DNA of 32,000 nt from NCBI RefSeq assembly GCF_000446015.1, contig NC_022093.1, positions 210,001 to 242,000 on the forward strand, given 5' to 3'. Origin of the DNA: Thermofilum adornatum. GTDB taxonomy: Archaea > Thermoproteota > Thermoprotei > Thermofilales > Thermofilaceae. A model generated the notes under the pieces. That model was not told the DNA's origin. It did not search any database and was given only the letters and a program-made list of their open reading frames with translations. The position numbers and the translations under genes were made by a program. Position 1 is the first letter of the stretch, and each line of letters opens with the position of its first letter. Positions 1-7,716 of the stretch are shown here, in pieces.

Positions 1-509
1 CCCTCCGCCTTTAAGATTGTGTACACGTGGTATGACTCAGAGCACCTTGGGTGAACATATACTTCAAGCATACATAAGGCAGATAAGTTGAGGAATAAAT
101 CTGTTTCGCGTGCGGGGAAAATGTGCATTGAACAAAGGAGCAATTAGGAAGGTCACATAGTTTGATGCACAACACGGCTAGGTCTAGAAGCACCACTTAA
201 AGACACAAGGAACCAATATAGATGGGTTAAACCATGCAACCGCCCCTGCGAATAGATGAACCGGAGTGTGGGTATGGGAAATGGAGCGCTAGCGGGAGCA
301 TAGATAATAAATATGGTGTAGATAACTTATCTCGCAATTGAGAAGGTACCCAAGAGAATGGTTTAGAAATTTGCTTCGACTTTTGGTCTTTGTTGGAGAA
401 CTCAACGAACTGGAGCAAAATTATCCTTGTCCAGGAGCTTTTCCAATGTGTTGGTAAATTTTCTTCCTTTATTTAGCTATTTTAAATTATGTGTTATGTT
501 ATAATTCTT

Positions 510-534
510 CTGTAATTCGTATTACGGATTACAG
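510..534. repeat. 25-nt near-perfect palindrome CTGTAATTCGTA-T-TACGGATTACAG (one mismatch)
   Basis: Read directly. The reverse complement of the left arm (510-521) is TACGAATTACAG and the right arm (523-534) is TACGGATTACAG. It is followed by a second inverted repeat, ATACGA (536-541) / TCGTAT (555-560). Confidence 0.6.
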
Positions 535-903
535 TATACGATTTATGATATCTGTCGTATGAGTTTTGTGTTACGGGTTCTCCGTTACTGACTTTCTCAC
601 CTTGTTTTGATATTCATTGAGGGTTATGTTTTGTTCGCTCCATTTGTAAAATTACTTTTGTTATTTAAAAGGCTAACATTTAAGATAAAAGGAGGCTTCG
701 TTATTTTAAACAATACGTTTATTTAAACATGTAAGGTTTTTTGGAAACGTTATTTTTAAAAAGAAGAGTGTTATAATAATCTTTGAGCCTTTTTTTGATT
801 TTAATGCCTATGTGTCTTGGATTAGTTAAACATTTATGTAGCTAATTATGTAATAATTTTTGTGATGAATCCTGAGGCATTAATGAATGCTTTGAGGGAA
901 TAA

Positions 904-1335
904 GTGGAGAAGGTAGATGAGACTCAGATCCCCTTTGAGATAGTCAATATGATGTCCATTCTTAGGGAGATTTCTAGAGCGACGGAGCCTAGACAACTCA
1001 TTGTCAACTTAGTTGAAATGAATGAATATACGGAAAGGTTGTTTAAGATCTGGATAGAGGGTGAGGAGTATGGTGAGAATGATTTTATTGTCCGTTTTAA
1101 GTACATAGGCAGGGTAGCAGAGTTAGATTGGGATCTTTTTCGTAAAGAGGGACAAGTTGTTTATCATTACAAGGATGAAGGTGAAAGGACTATTATTGAG
1201 ATTTCTGGAAGTCTGGACGAAGTGCGGAGATATGTTGTCGCCATTTTGTACTTTCTTGTTCGTTCCTTGAACTTTGTACATTTTTATGACCGCGAAAAAG
1301 CGGTTATGTTGAGTCGTTTGGTTTGGGAAAAATAG
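904..1335 (+). CDS. hypothetical protein (143 aa)
   Basis: Intact ORF with a GTG start. The composition is protein-like and K/E/I-rich. A T5 run follows the stop. I recognise no family. Confidence 0.5.
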   Translation: MEKVDETQIPFEIVNMMSILREISRATEPRQLIVNLVEMNEYTERLFKIWIEGEEYGENDFIVRFKYIGRVAELDWDLFRKEGQVVYHYKDEGERTIIEISGSLDEVRRYVVAILYFLVRSLNFVHFYDREKAVMLSRLVWEK

Positions 1336-1345
1336 TTTTTCTTCA
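1336..1345 (+). terminator. T-rich tract (TTTTTCTTC) right after the stop of the 143-aa ORF, a possible archaeal oligo-T terminator
   Basis: T5 at 1336-1340 immediately 3' of the TAG at 1333-1335. Confidence 0.3.
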
Positions 1346-1687
1346 TACCAGGTGTTTCCGGTATAGCGCGCGCTAATTCTGCTCGACATGCCTGGGTTGG
1401 CGTGTTTTGCTTTGAATATTTCGGGGTCATTATTTGTTGTTGAATTTATGGGAGAAAGGGTGAGACTTAGCTACGGGCCTGGTGAGCCGGACTAGATTGT
1501 TGTATACTCTGGGAACTCGACAGTGGTAGATGTAGGGAAGAAGTGGAAGGTTAAGTCTTAAAGTATTTTTCTTTTTGGGCTTTAGGGCTTGGATAAATTA
1601 AAAACATTTTCTTGTTTTGTTTATGTTTTTTGATTATCTTGTTGGGGAAAGCAAAAAATTTATAGTTGTTTTTGTTATGCTGTAGTT

Positions 1688-2218
1688 GTGAGCGGTGAGG
1701 AAAAGGAGACTATTCCGGAGGAGTGGCTTGATAAGTTTATTAGCGAGATGATCGAGGGCGATGAGGCTTTAAAGACAATGTCTGAGCGTTTCAAGATTAC
1801 AAGGAACCTAGGGGAGGCGCTTGATTTTGCTGTTTCTCTGCTTGACAAGTATACTGCTGTTTCGATTAGTGGTTTTCCCCGGGAGGTTATCGTTGTTAGG
1901 CTTTGGGTTGTCGAGGCTAGGCGGACTAGCGGGGAGGAGGTTGTGAGGAGCAACCGTGATATTGGGTACTATGTTGTTTACCGGTACGGTATGCCTTGGG
2001 ACCCGTACGAGAGCTTTTTTGTTGCTTCTAGGGAGGAGCTGGTTGAGCGGTTGAAGGGGCTTCTTGAGAAGCTCTTCAAAGAGGATCTTGAGAAGGGCGA
2101 GGATGTGAGCATTGACGGCAGGAATTATACTTCTGTGGAGTTTCGCGGTGATGGCTATGTGGTTTTGATGGCTTTGGCTCGTCCTCATGCGAAGACTTGG
2201 TTTATGTATATTTGGTGA
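1688..2218 (+). CDS. hypothetical protein (176 aa)
   Basis: Intact ORF with a GTG start and an E/V/G/R-rich product. It is the first gene of the G+T-rich block. I recognise no family. Confidence 0.55.
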   Translation: MSGEEKETIPEEWLDKFISEMIEGDEALKTMSERFKITRNLGEALDFAVSLLDKYTAVSISGFPREVIVVRLWVVEARRTSGEEVVRSNRDIGYYVVYRYGMPWDPYESFFVASREELVERLKGLLEKLFKEDLEKGEDVSIDGRNYTSVEFRGDGYVVLMALARPHAKTWFMYIW

Positions 2219-2288
2219 GGTTTTTGGCTGTTTGATGGTTTTTGGGCTTTGTTTTTTGGGTTTTGTGGGCTTGTTTGTGGCGCGTTAG

Positions 2289-2295
2289 TTTTAAA
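2289..2295 (+). promoter_or_regulatory. TATA-like box (TTTTAAA) about 25-30 nt upstream of the ATG codons at 2314 and 2320
   Basis: The spacing fits a leaderless archaeal promoter for the deaminase gene. Confidence 0.4.
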
Positions 2296-2319
2296 GTTTT
2301 GTTTTGTGTGTGGATGTGT

Positions 2320-3666
2320 ATGGGCCTGCTTGTTGTCCGTGATGCTGAGGCTGTTTTGACGATGGATAGTGCTGGGACTGTTTTGAGGAGGCAGTCGATA
2401 CTGATACAGGATAATAGGATTGTGGCTGTGGGTGATTATGGGTCTCTTGTGTCCGGGTTTGGTAGCCCGGACGAGGTTGTTGATGGTCGTGGTAAGCTGG
2501 TTTTGCCTGGTTTCTATGATATGCATACGCATGTTGCGATGGCTGGGTTTAGGGGGCTTGCTAGCGATGTGGGGGACGTGATTTATCGTGTTTTTTGGCC
2601 TCTTGAGCGTAGCCTGGACGGGGACACGGTTTACAGGTTTGCTCTTTTGGGTGGCCTCGAGGCAGTTAAGAGTGGTGTTGTGCTTGTTGCTGACCACTAT
2701 TTCTTTATGGACCATGTTGCCAGGGCCCTGAGCGAGGTTGGGGTTAGGGGGCTGCTTGGGCACACGTATATGGATCGTGACGGCCCGTTTACTGGGGAGA
2801 GGGAGCTTAGGGCTGGATTGGAGTTTGTTGATAGGTGGTCTGGGCACGAGCTTGTTGTTCCAGTTTTGGCTCCACATGCGCCCGACACTGTTACGCGGGA
2901 GAATTTGAGGTATCTGGGCGAGCTGGCCCGTGAGAGGAATCTTTTCCTGCACATGCACCTGGCGCAGACTCTTAGGGAGTTTAGGGTTGTGAGGGAGGAG
3001 ACCGGGTATACGCCTGTGAGGTATGTTGAGAGGCTTGGGCTTCTCGGCAGGAGGACTATTGTTGCGCATGCCAACTATGTTGACGAGAACGAGAAGGCTT
3101 TGCTGGCTCATAGTGGTAGCCTGGTTGTCCAGTGCCCTTCGACGTACATGTTGTCTGGGACGCCTTTCCATGCTTATGACTATTGGCAGCTTGGGGGTAA
3201 CGTTGCTGTTGGGACGGATGCACCGTGCTACAACGATAACTCGGACTTTTTCGAGGAGATGAGGCTACTCGTTTATGGCCAGCGGGTGAAGTTTGAGAGG
3301 AGCAGTGTGTGGAGGGCCTACGACTTGCTCGAGATGGTTACTAGGCAGAGTGCGAGGTTTGTTGGGCTGGATGGGGGCTACATTGGGAGGGGGGCGCTGG
3401 CCGACCTGGTGCTTGTCGACTTGTCGAGTGTGAGGCTTAGACCTTTCCTGAACCCGTATGCGAACCTGGTGTATGCGGCTAGTAGTGGAGACGTTGATAC
3501 GGTAATTGTTAATGGTAGGGTTGTGGTGAGGGGGAAGAGGCACCTCTTCCTGGACGAGGAGCGAGTTGTTAACCAGGCGGAGGCGGCTTCTAGGATTCTC
3601 TTGCGTAGGGCCCTCGACGAGGACCCGGAGCTGGAGAGGATAATTGGCGTGGATAAAGTAATATAG
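2320..3666 (+). CDS. mtaD: amidohydrolase of the 5'-methylthioadenosine/S-adenosylhomocysteine (5'-deoxyadenosine) deaminase family (MtaD/DadD-like)
   Basis: N-terminus MGLLVVRDAEAVLTMD...IQDNRIVAVG. Metal ligands are seen at DMHTHVAM (HxH), LHMHLAQT, VAHANYV and GTDAPCYNDNSDFFEEMR, which resembles the MtaD motif GTDGAASNN..FEEMR. The ORF-track start at 2242 adds a W/F/C/V-rich extension that I reject. The likely start is ATG 2320, or 2314. Confidence 0.75.
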   Translation: MGLLVVRDAEAVLTMDSAGTVLRRQSILIQDNRIVAVGDYGSLVSGFGSPDEVVDGRGKLVLPGFYDMHTHVAMAGFRGLASDVGDVIYRVFWPLERSLDGDTVYRFALLGGLEAVKSGVVLVADHYFFMDHVARALSEVGVRGLLGHTYMDRDGPFTGERELRAGLEFVDRWSGHELVVPVLAPHAPDTVTRENLRYLGELARERNLFLHMHLAQTLREFRVVREETGYTPVRYVERLGLLGRRTIVAHANYVDENEKALLAHSGSLVVQCPSTYMLSGTPFHAYDYWQLGGNVAVGTDAPCYNDNSDFFEEMRLLVYGQRVKFERSSVWRAYDLLEMVTRQSARFVGLDGGYIGRGALADLVLVDLSSVRLRPFLNPYANLVYAASSGDVDTVIVNGRVVVRGKRHLFLDEERVVNQAEAASRILLRRALDEDPELERIIGVDKVI

Positions 3667-3687
3667 GGGGTTGCCGAGATTTTCTTG

Positions 3688-4407
3688 ATGCCGAAGCCTC
3701 TACATATTTTAGCAAAGCCGGAGGACATTGCTCCGAGGGTCATAGCTTCTGGTGACCCTGCTAGGGTTAAACAGCTTGCTGGGTATCTCGAGGGTGCCAG
3801 GCTCGTAAACGAGAACAGGGGGTTCCTCGTATACACTGGGAAGTATAAGGGTGTAGACGTCACTGTGGCTACGCATATGATTGGTGCGCCTTCTGCAGCG
3901 ATTGTATTCGAGGAGCTCATAATGCTCGGCGCCAAGCTCATTGTGAGGTTTGGGACCTGTGGGGGTTTCCTGCCAGAGATGAGGGTTGGTGACTTTGTCA
4001 TTGCTACTGGGGCTTCCTATAGCGGGGGCGGCACGATGAACACTTATAGCCCAGGTGAGTGCATGGCGGCTGTCCCGGACTACGAGGTTCTAAAGGCGCT
4101 GGTCGACAGTGCGAGCAGGCTGGGCTTGACGTTCCACTTGGGCCCCGTGATCAGCAGTGATAATTTCTATTCTGGGCTCGAGTACTTGAATAGGTGGATT
4201 GCGAGGGGCATGATTGCTGTAGACATGGAGGCCGCAACGTTGTTCCTCGTGGGGAGGCACAGGCGGATAAAGACTGGTGCAAGCTTCGTGGTGAGCGATG
4301 TTATTGGCCACGCATACGAGAAGATGGCGACCGCCGAGGAGCTCAGGGAGGCTGTAGACAAGGCTTCACGGGCAGTGCTTGATGCCGTTGTAAGCGTGAA
4401 GGTTTAA
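3688..4407 (+). CDS. nucleoside phosphorylase, PNP/UDP family 1 (DeoD / hexameric MTA-phosphorylase-like), copy 1
   Basis: GDPARV, LVNENRGF..YTG.YKG..V.V.TH.IG, RFGTCGG, VDMEAATLF and VVSDVIG, the last aligning by eye to DeoD TVSDHI. ATG at 3688, with a TTG at 3685. Confidence 0.8.
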   Translation: MPKPLHILAKPEDIAPRVIASGDPARVKQLAGYLEGARLVNENRGFLVYTGKYKGVDVTVATHMIGAPSAAIVFEELIMLGAKLIVRFGTCGGFLPEMRVGDFVIATGASYSGGGTMNTYSPGECMAAVPDYEVLKALVDSASRLGLTFHLGPVISSDNFYSGLEYLNRWIARGMIAVDMEAATLFLVGRHRRIKTGASFVVSDVIGHAYEKMATAEELREAVDKASRAVLDAVVSVKV

Positions 4408-5189
4408 TGTCAAATGTCTCGCCTACCAATAAAATATCCTTTTTTCTGGCCCGGTTTTTCTCCCAGCTTGGGGGAAAGCTACCTCTAGAAAGCGTCGTGA
4501 TTCCCTTTGGAAGGTACAGGTTTATTGTTCCTAGGAGGTGGCTGGAGGCCAGCCTGCTTAATATCGAGCACATCTATTTGCTGGGGGACTATGAGCGGGT
4601 TCCCTGCATGACGTGTGTGGAGCCAGGCGGGGCTGTGCTTGATTTGGGGGCGTTTGTGGGCTTATTCAGTGTGAGGGTGGCTTGTGAAAACAGGGATGTT
4701 AGGGTGTATGGTGTGGAGGCTAATCCTTTTGCCTGCCGGTATCTAGAGGCTAACTATAGGCTTAACGGGGTGAGAGGGGGTGGGGTTCTCTGTGGGGCGG
4801 TTGGTGTCAGGAGTGGCGTCGCGAGGCTGTTCGTGGCTGATAATGGTGTGAATTCTTCGCTTGTGCCTGGATACGTGGATGATTATTCTGTGAAGATTGG
4901 CGAGGTAGGGGTTAGGGTCTATTCTTTGCGGGAGGTTTTTGAGAAGTTTCAGCTTGATAGGGTGGCACTTGTGAAGATGGACATAGAGGGGGCAGAGGAG
5001 GGTGTTCTTTATTCTTCTAGGGAGCTTGTTTCCCCAGACAGGGTGGAGAGGTGGATTATAGAGGTTCATCCTCCCTACTCTTCTCCTAGCAGGATCGTGG
5101 GATTGCTAGAGAAAGGGTACCGTGTCGCCACGTTTTATGACTATGATGCTCCGGGCCAAGTGTTTGTGTATGGGTGGACGCGGAGGTAA
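4407..5189 (+). CDS. FkbM-family SAM-dependent methyltransferase
   Basis: VLDLGAFVGLFSVRVA, VYGVEANPFACRYLEANYRLNG and VALVKMDIEGAEEGVL match the FkbM-family pattern. The start overlaps the upstream stop as TAATG. Confidence 0.75.
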   Translation: MSNVSPTNKISFFLARFFSQLGGKLPLESVVIPFGRYRFIVPRRWLEASLLNIEHIYLLGDYERVPCMTCVEPGGAVLDLGAFVGLFSVRVACENRDVRVYGVEANPFACRYLEANYRLNGVRGGGVLCGAVGVRSGVARLFVADNGVNSSLVPGYVDDYSVKIGEVGVRVYSLREVFEKFQLDRVALVKMDIEGAEEGVLYSSRELVSPDRVERWIIEVHPPYSSPSRIVGLLEKGYRVATFYDYDAPGQVFVYGWTRR

Positions 5190-5220
5190 AACCTATATGT
5201 GTGTTGTGGGGTTATAGGGT

Positions 5221-5928
5221 ATGCCTTTCCATATACGTGCAGAAAGGGTTTCCGATAGGGTGATCGTTGTCGGGGACCCGGGGAGGGCAAGGCTTATTTC
5301 CAGCATTCTAGAGGACGCTAGGCTCGTAAACGAGAACCGTGGGTTACTCACATACAACGGTTTCTGGAGGGGAAGAGAGGTTACTGTGGCTACCCATGGT
5401 ATGGGCGGTGCCGGGGCAACAATTGTCTTTGAGGAGCTTATCCAGCTGGGCGGCCGTTTCCTGGTTCGCTATGGGACGACTGGCGGCATAAGGGAAAACG
5501 TCGAGCCGGGAGACTTCGTAGTGCCGGTTTCCGCTTTTTATCATCCCGGGGGGCTATTCAAGCAGTATTTTGGGGATCTCTGTGTCTCGCCTGCGCCTGA
5601 CCTCGAGTTGACGTGGAGGCTGAGCGAGTCTCTTAGGGGTAGGGGTCTCCGTGTGTGGGCGGCGCCCGTTGTGAGTAGTGATGCTTTCTATGCCGAGACT
5701 CCCGAGGTTGTAAAAAGGTGGAGCGAGTTTGGGGCTGTGAGCGTGGAGATGGAGTGCGCTTCTCTTTTCGCTGTTTCGCGCCTGAGGGGTGTTAGGAGCT
5801 CATCGGTTCTCTTGGTTAACGGGAACATATTGTACCCAGGAAAGAGGATGATCTCTGAGGGGGAACTAGAGGATAGGCTTCTAGCCGGGGCTAGGATCAT
5901 TTTGGACGTGCTTGCCGAGCTGAAATGA
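5221..5928 (+). CDS. nucleoside phosphorylase, PNP/UDP family 1, copy 2 (paralog of 3688-4407)
   Basis: Shares ARLVNENRG, VTVATHGMG, IVFEELIQLG, YGTTGG, GDFVV, VSSDAFY and VEMECASLF with copy 1. It has LLVNGN where copy 1 has VVSDVI. Confidence 0.8.
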   Translation: MPFHIRAERVSDRVIVVGDPGRARLISSILEDARLVNENRGLLTYNGFWRGREVTVATHGMGGAGATIVFEELIQLGGRFLVRYGTTGGIRENVEPGDFVVPVSAFYHPGGLFKQYFGDLCVSPAPDLELTWRLSESLRGRGLRVWAAPVVSSDAFYAETPEVVKRWSEFGAVSVEMECASLFAVSRLRGVRSSSVLLVNGNILYPGKRMISEGELEDRLLAGARIILDVLAELK

Positions 5929-5938
5929 GGTCATAGAG

Positions 5939-6367
5939 ATGTCTCTAACTTATAGACGCCTTACTGAGTTTAATGTTGCTGGGAGAGAGCTCCGCGAGAA
6001 GCGGAGGCTACTGGTTTATGGTAGCTGTATATTCCACGAGTACCCGGACATATTGTCAAGGTTTAGTGAGGGACGTGTGGCTCTGGGCGTGTGTCTCGAG
6101 GCGGAGCATCTCAATGTTGTGGCTTTGAAGCTTGCATCTATTTTTGCGAGGGTCGACCTGGAGGAGGTAGTTGTTTTGACTGTTGACGGTTCTCCGCACT
6201 GTATCCAGCTTCACCATGCTGTCGAGGAGGCTAGGAAGGTTACCGGGAGACAGATCAACGTCAGGCATTTCGTGATCGAGGGGGGAGAAGCTCTAGAGGT
6301 CAGCCCCGAAGCCGTGAAAGTAGCTAGGTACTTGTCAAAGATTCAAAGACTACTGAATAAGACTTAA
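5939..6367 (+). CDS. hypothetical protein (142 aa)
   Basis: Intact ORF with the same composition as the surrounding block. It contains VDGSPHCIQLHH. I cannot confidently recognise a family. Confidence 0.5.
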   Translation: MSLTYRRLTEFNVAGRELREKRRLLVYGSCIFHEYPDILSRFSEGRVALGVCLEAEHLNVVALKLASIFARVDLEEVVVLTVDGSPHCIQLHHAVEEARKVTGRQINVRHFVIEGGEALEVSPEAVKVARYLSKIQRLLNKT

Positions 6368-6393
6368 TAATTTCCCCTCAAAATTATGATAAC

Positions 6394-6915
6394 GTGAGTA
6401 AGGAGAGCAAGAGCAGTTTAGTTATAGCTGTTTCCGCGGTCTTCGCGGCTTTAACAACAGTCCTGACATATTTGCCTGGACTCGCCTTGCCCTCGCCAAC
6501 GGGAGGATACACCAATGTAGGTGACACCATTATCTTTATTGCAGGCCTGCTTTTCGGCTCCAAAGTTGGCCTTATAGTTGGCCTAGTGGGTCCAGTGATT
6601 GCCGACTTTTTGGTGGGTTATCCTAGGTGGTATGTGACACTTGTCGCCCACGGCCTGGAGGGGTTTATCGTGGGGATGGGTGCTAGGAAAAGCTTCAAGG
6701 TGCAACTGATGATGATGGTGATTGGAGGCCTAGTGATGAGTTTTACGTATTTCGTTGTAAATGTGTATGTTAAAGGGCTTGCCCCTGCTGTTGCCTCGCT
6801 TATCAGGGACGTGTTTGGACAGACCCTTGTATCAATAATTCTTGCCTCGCTGTTGCTAAAGCCTCTTGAGAAATTAGCTGTGATCAAGAGAGTTCAGGAA
6901 GTCATCCTGGGATAA
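6394..6915 (+). CDS. ECF-transporter S-component-like integral membrane protein (substrate unknown)
   Basis: 173 aa with about 5-6 hydrophobic segments and G-rich helices (GDTIIFIAGLLFGSKVGLIVGLVGPVIADFL), typical of small ECF substrate-capture proteins. GTG start. It lies about 0.8 kb from an EcfT/EcfAA' module. Confidence 0.55.
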   Translation: MSKESKSSLVIAVSAVFAALTTVLTYLPGLALPSPTGGYTNVGDTIIFIAGLLFGSKVGLIVGLVGPVIADFLVGYPRWYVTLVAHGLEGFIVGMGARKSFKVQLMMMVIGGLVMSFTYFVVNVYVKGLAPAVASLIRDVFGQTLVSIILASLLLKPLEKLAVIKRVQEVILG

Positions 6916-6951
6916 CAAGACTTATTATTTTTCTTTTTCCTCTATATTGAT

Positions 6952-7716
6952 GTGAGTAGAGAGGCTTTTTGCTGGGAGGGGAGTCCCACTAGAATCTCTT
7001 ATCTTGGACAATATGCCAGGGCACTGGTTCCCCTTGCTTCGCTTGGCTTGGTAGCCGTTTTCCGCTGGTTCGCGGGCGACTTTCTTAGGGATGTGTCAGG
7101 AGTGGCTTCTTTTGTTTTACGTGAGATTTGGCCGGACATGCCGACTCTCGATGCCCTTATATATGCTGGAGGGGTTTTCTTGTCATTACTCTTGGGATTG
7201 CTGGTTTGGGTTGTTGCCTTGGATATTTGGGTTCTTGTTTTCGAGGTATTCGCGTATCTGGCTGTGGAGGCTGTCCGGGTTAATTTAGGTATTGGCCTGG
7301 GGCTTGCTGGGAGGGTCTTGTTTTTGGCTCTTTTTTCTTTTGCATGGATGCTCCTAGTAGATGCCCAGCGTAAGACATACAGATACTCTGTGTCTCATAG
7401 GGGTGTTGCTATGTCTGGGGGTCTTTTGAGGAGGGTCGAGAGGTATGTTAGTGGTGACGCGATTAGCGACGTTATTGTTGTGAAGCCGTTGCTTGGCAGG
7501 CTCTTTGGCTTTGGCCACGTGGTCGTTGTTACGCCTAGCCAGCTGGGCCTCGGCGAGACCTATAGTTTGGGCGGTGGGGCAACTTCTAGGAAGGGGCTAG
7601 GGGCTATAGTTGGGGGTGGGAGGGCTGTTAGGGAGGTGTTAGCTAAGCCCTGGAACTGTATATTTGGCGTAAAGAATCCTGACAGGGTGAGGGATTATAT
7701 ACTTAATGGATGCTAG
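6952..7716 (+). CDS. membrane protein with a C-terminal bacterial-type PH domain (YdbS/YdbT-like, bPH_2)
   Basis: Hydrophobic N-terminal half, then YRYSVSHRGVAMSGGLLRRVERYVSGDAISDVIVVKPLLGRLFGFGHVVVVT, which is the pattern I associate with bPH_2 domains. Confidence 0.6.
   Translation: MSREAFCWEGSPTRISYLGQYARALVPLASLGLVAVFRWFAGDFLRDVSGVASFVLREIWPDMPTLDALIYAGGVFLSLLLGLLVWVVALDIWVLVFEVFAYLAVEAVRVNLGIGLGLAGRVLFLALFSFAWMLLVDAQRKTYRYSVSHRGVAMSGGLLRRVERYVSGDAISDVIVVKPLLGRLFGFGHVVVVTPSQLGLGETYSLGGGATSRKGLGAIVGGGRAVREVLAKPWNCIFGVKNPDRVRDYILNGC

Noticed and set aside
1-54. Possible 3' end of a plus-strand CDS entering from upstream (...PSAFKIVYTWYDSEHLG*)
   Set aside because: Only 17 codons are visible, so the call cannot be supported or identified.
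234-476. 81-codon plus-strand frame with an in-frame TGA at 339-341 (possible pseudogene or recoding)
   Set aside because: I see no recognisable protein similarity and no promoter or start context. Crenarchaea are not known to use selenocysteine. It is most likely chance.
862-900. Possible second box C/D sRNA (GTGATGA at 862-868, CTGA at 872-875)
   Set aside because: The CTGA lies only 3 nt after the C box. There is no C'/D pair with 12-nt spacing. The element abuts the GTG start of the next gene.
480-903. Replication origin (AT-rich region with palindromes and a single TTGGAAACG resembling an ORB core)
   Set aside because: There is only one weak ORB-like word, no inverted ORB pairs, and no orc1/cdc6 or whiP gene nearby. 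The evidence is insufficient to call an origin.
1388-1495. 35-aa ORF (MPGLACFALNISG...) at the left edge of the G+T-rich block
   Set aside because: It is too short, has no motif, and has no supporting promoter spacing.
2242-2319. N-terminal extension of the deaminase ORF (MGFVFWVLWACLWRVSFKVLFCVWMC)
   Set aside because: It lies within the extreme G+T tract and upstream of a TATA-like box at 2289-2295. The family N-terminus begins at MGLLVVRDAEAV.
2244-2324. G-quadruplex in the G+T tract (GGG at 2244, 2258, 2267 and 2322)
   Set aside because: The fourth G-run is more than 50 nt away and the intervening runs are only GG. This is not a convincing four-run G4 motif.
2185-3171. 328-aa minus-strand ORF, plus the nested minus-strand ORFs 2697-3074 and 3265-3543
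   Set aside because: It lies antisense to the well-supported amidohydrolase gene. The product is P/N/K/Q/H-rich and low in complexity. The open frame is a by-product of the A-poor sense strand, which leaves few stop codons on the complement.
3378-4001. 207-aa minus-strand ORF
   Set aside because: It is antisense to the end of the deaminase gene and the start of phosphorylase 1, both of which have clear family motifs. Its S/T/A/L-rich product has no motif.
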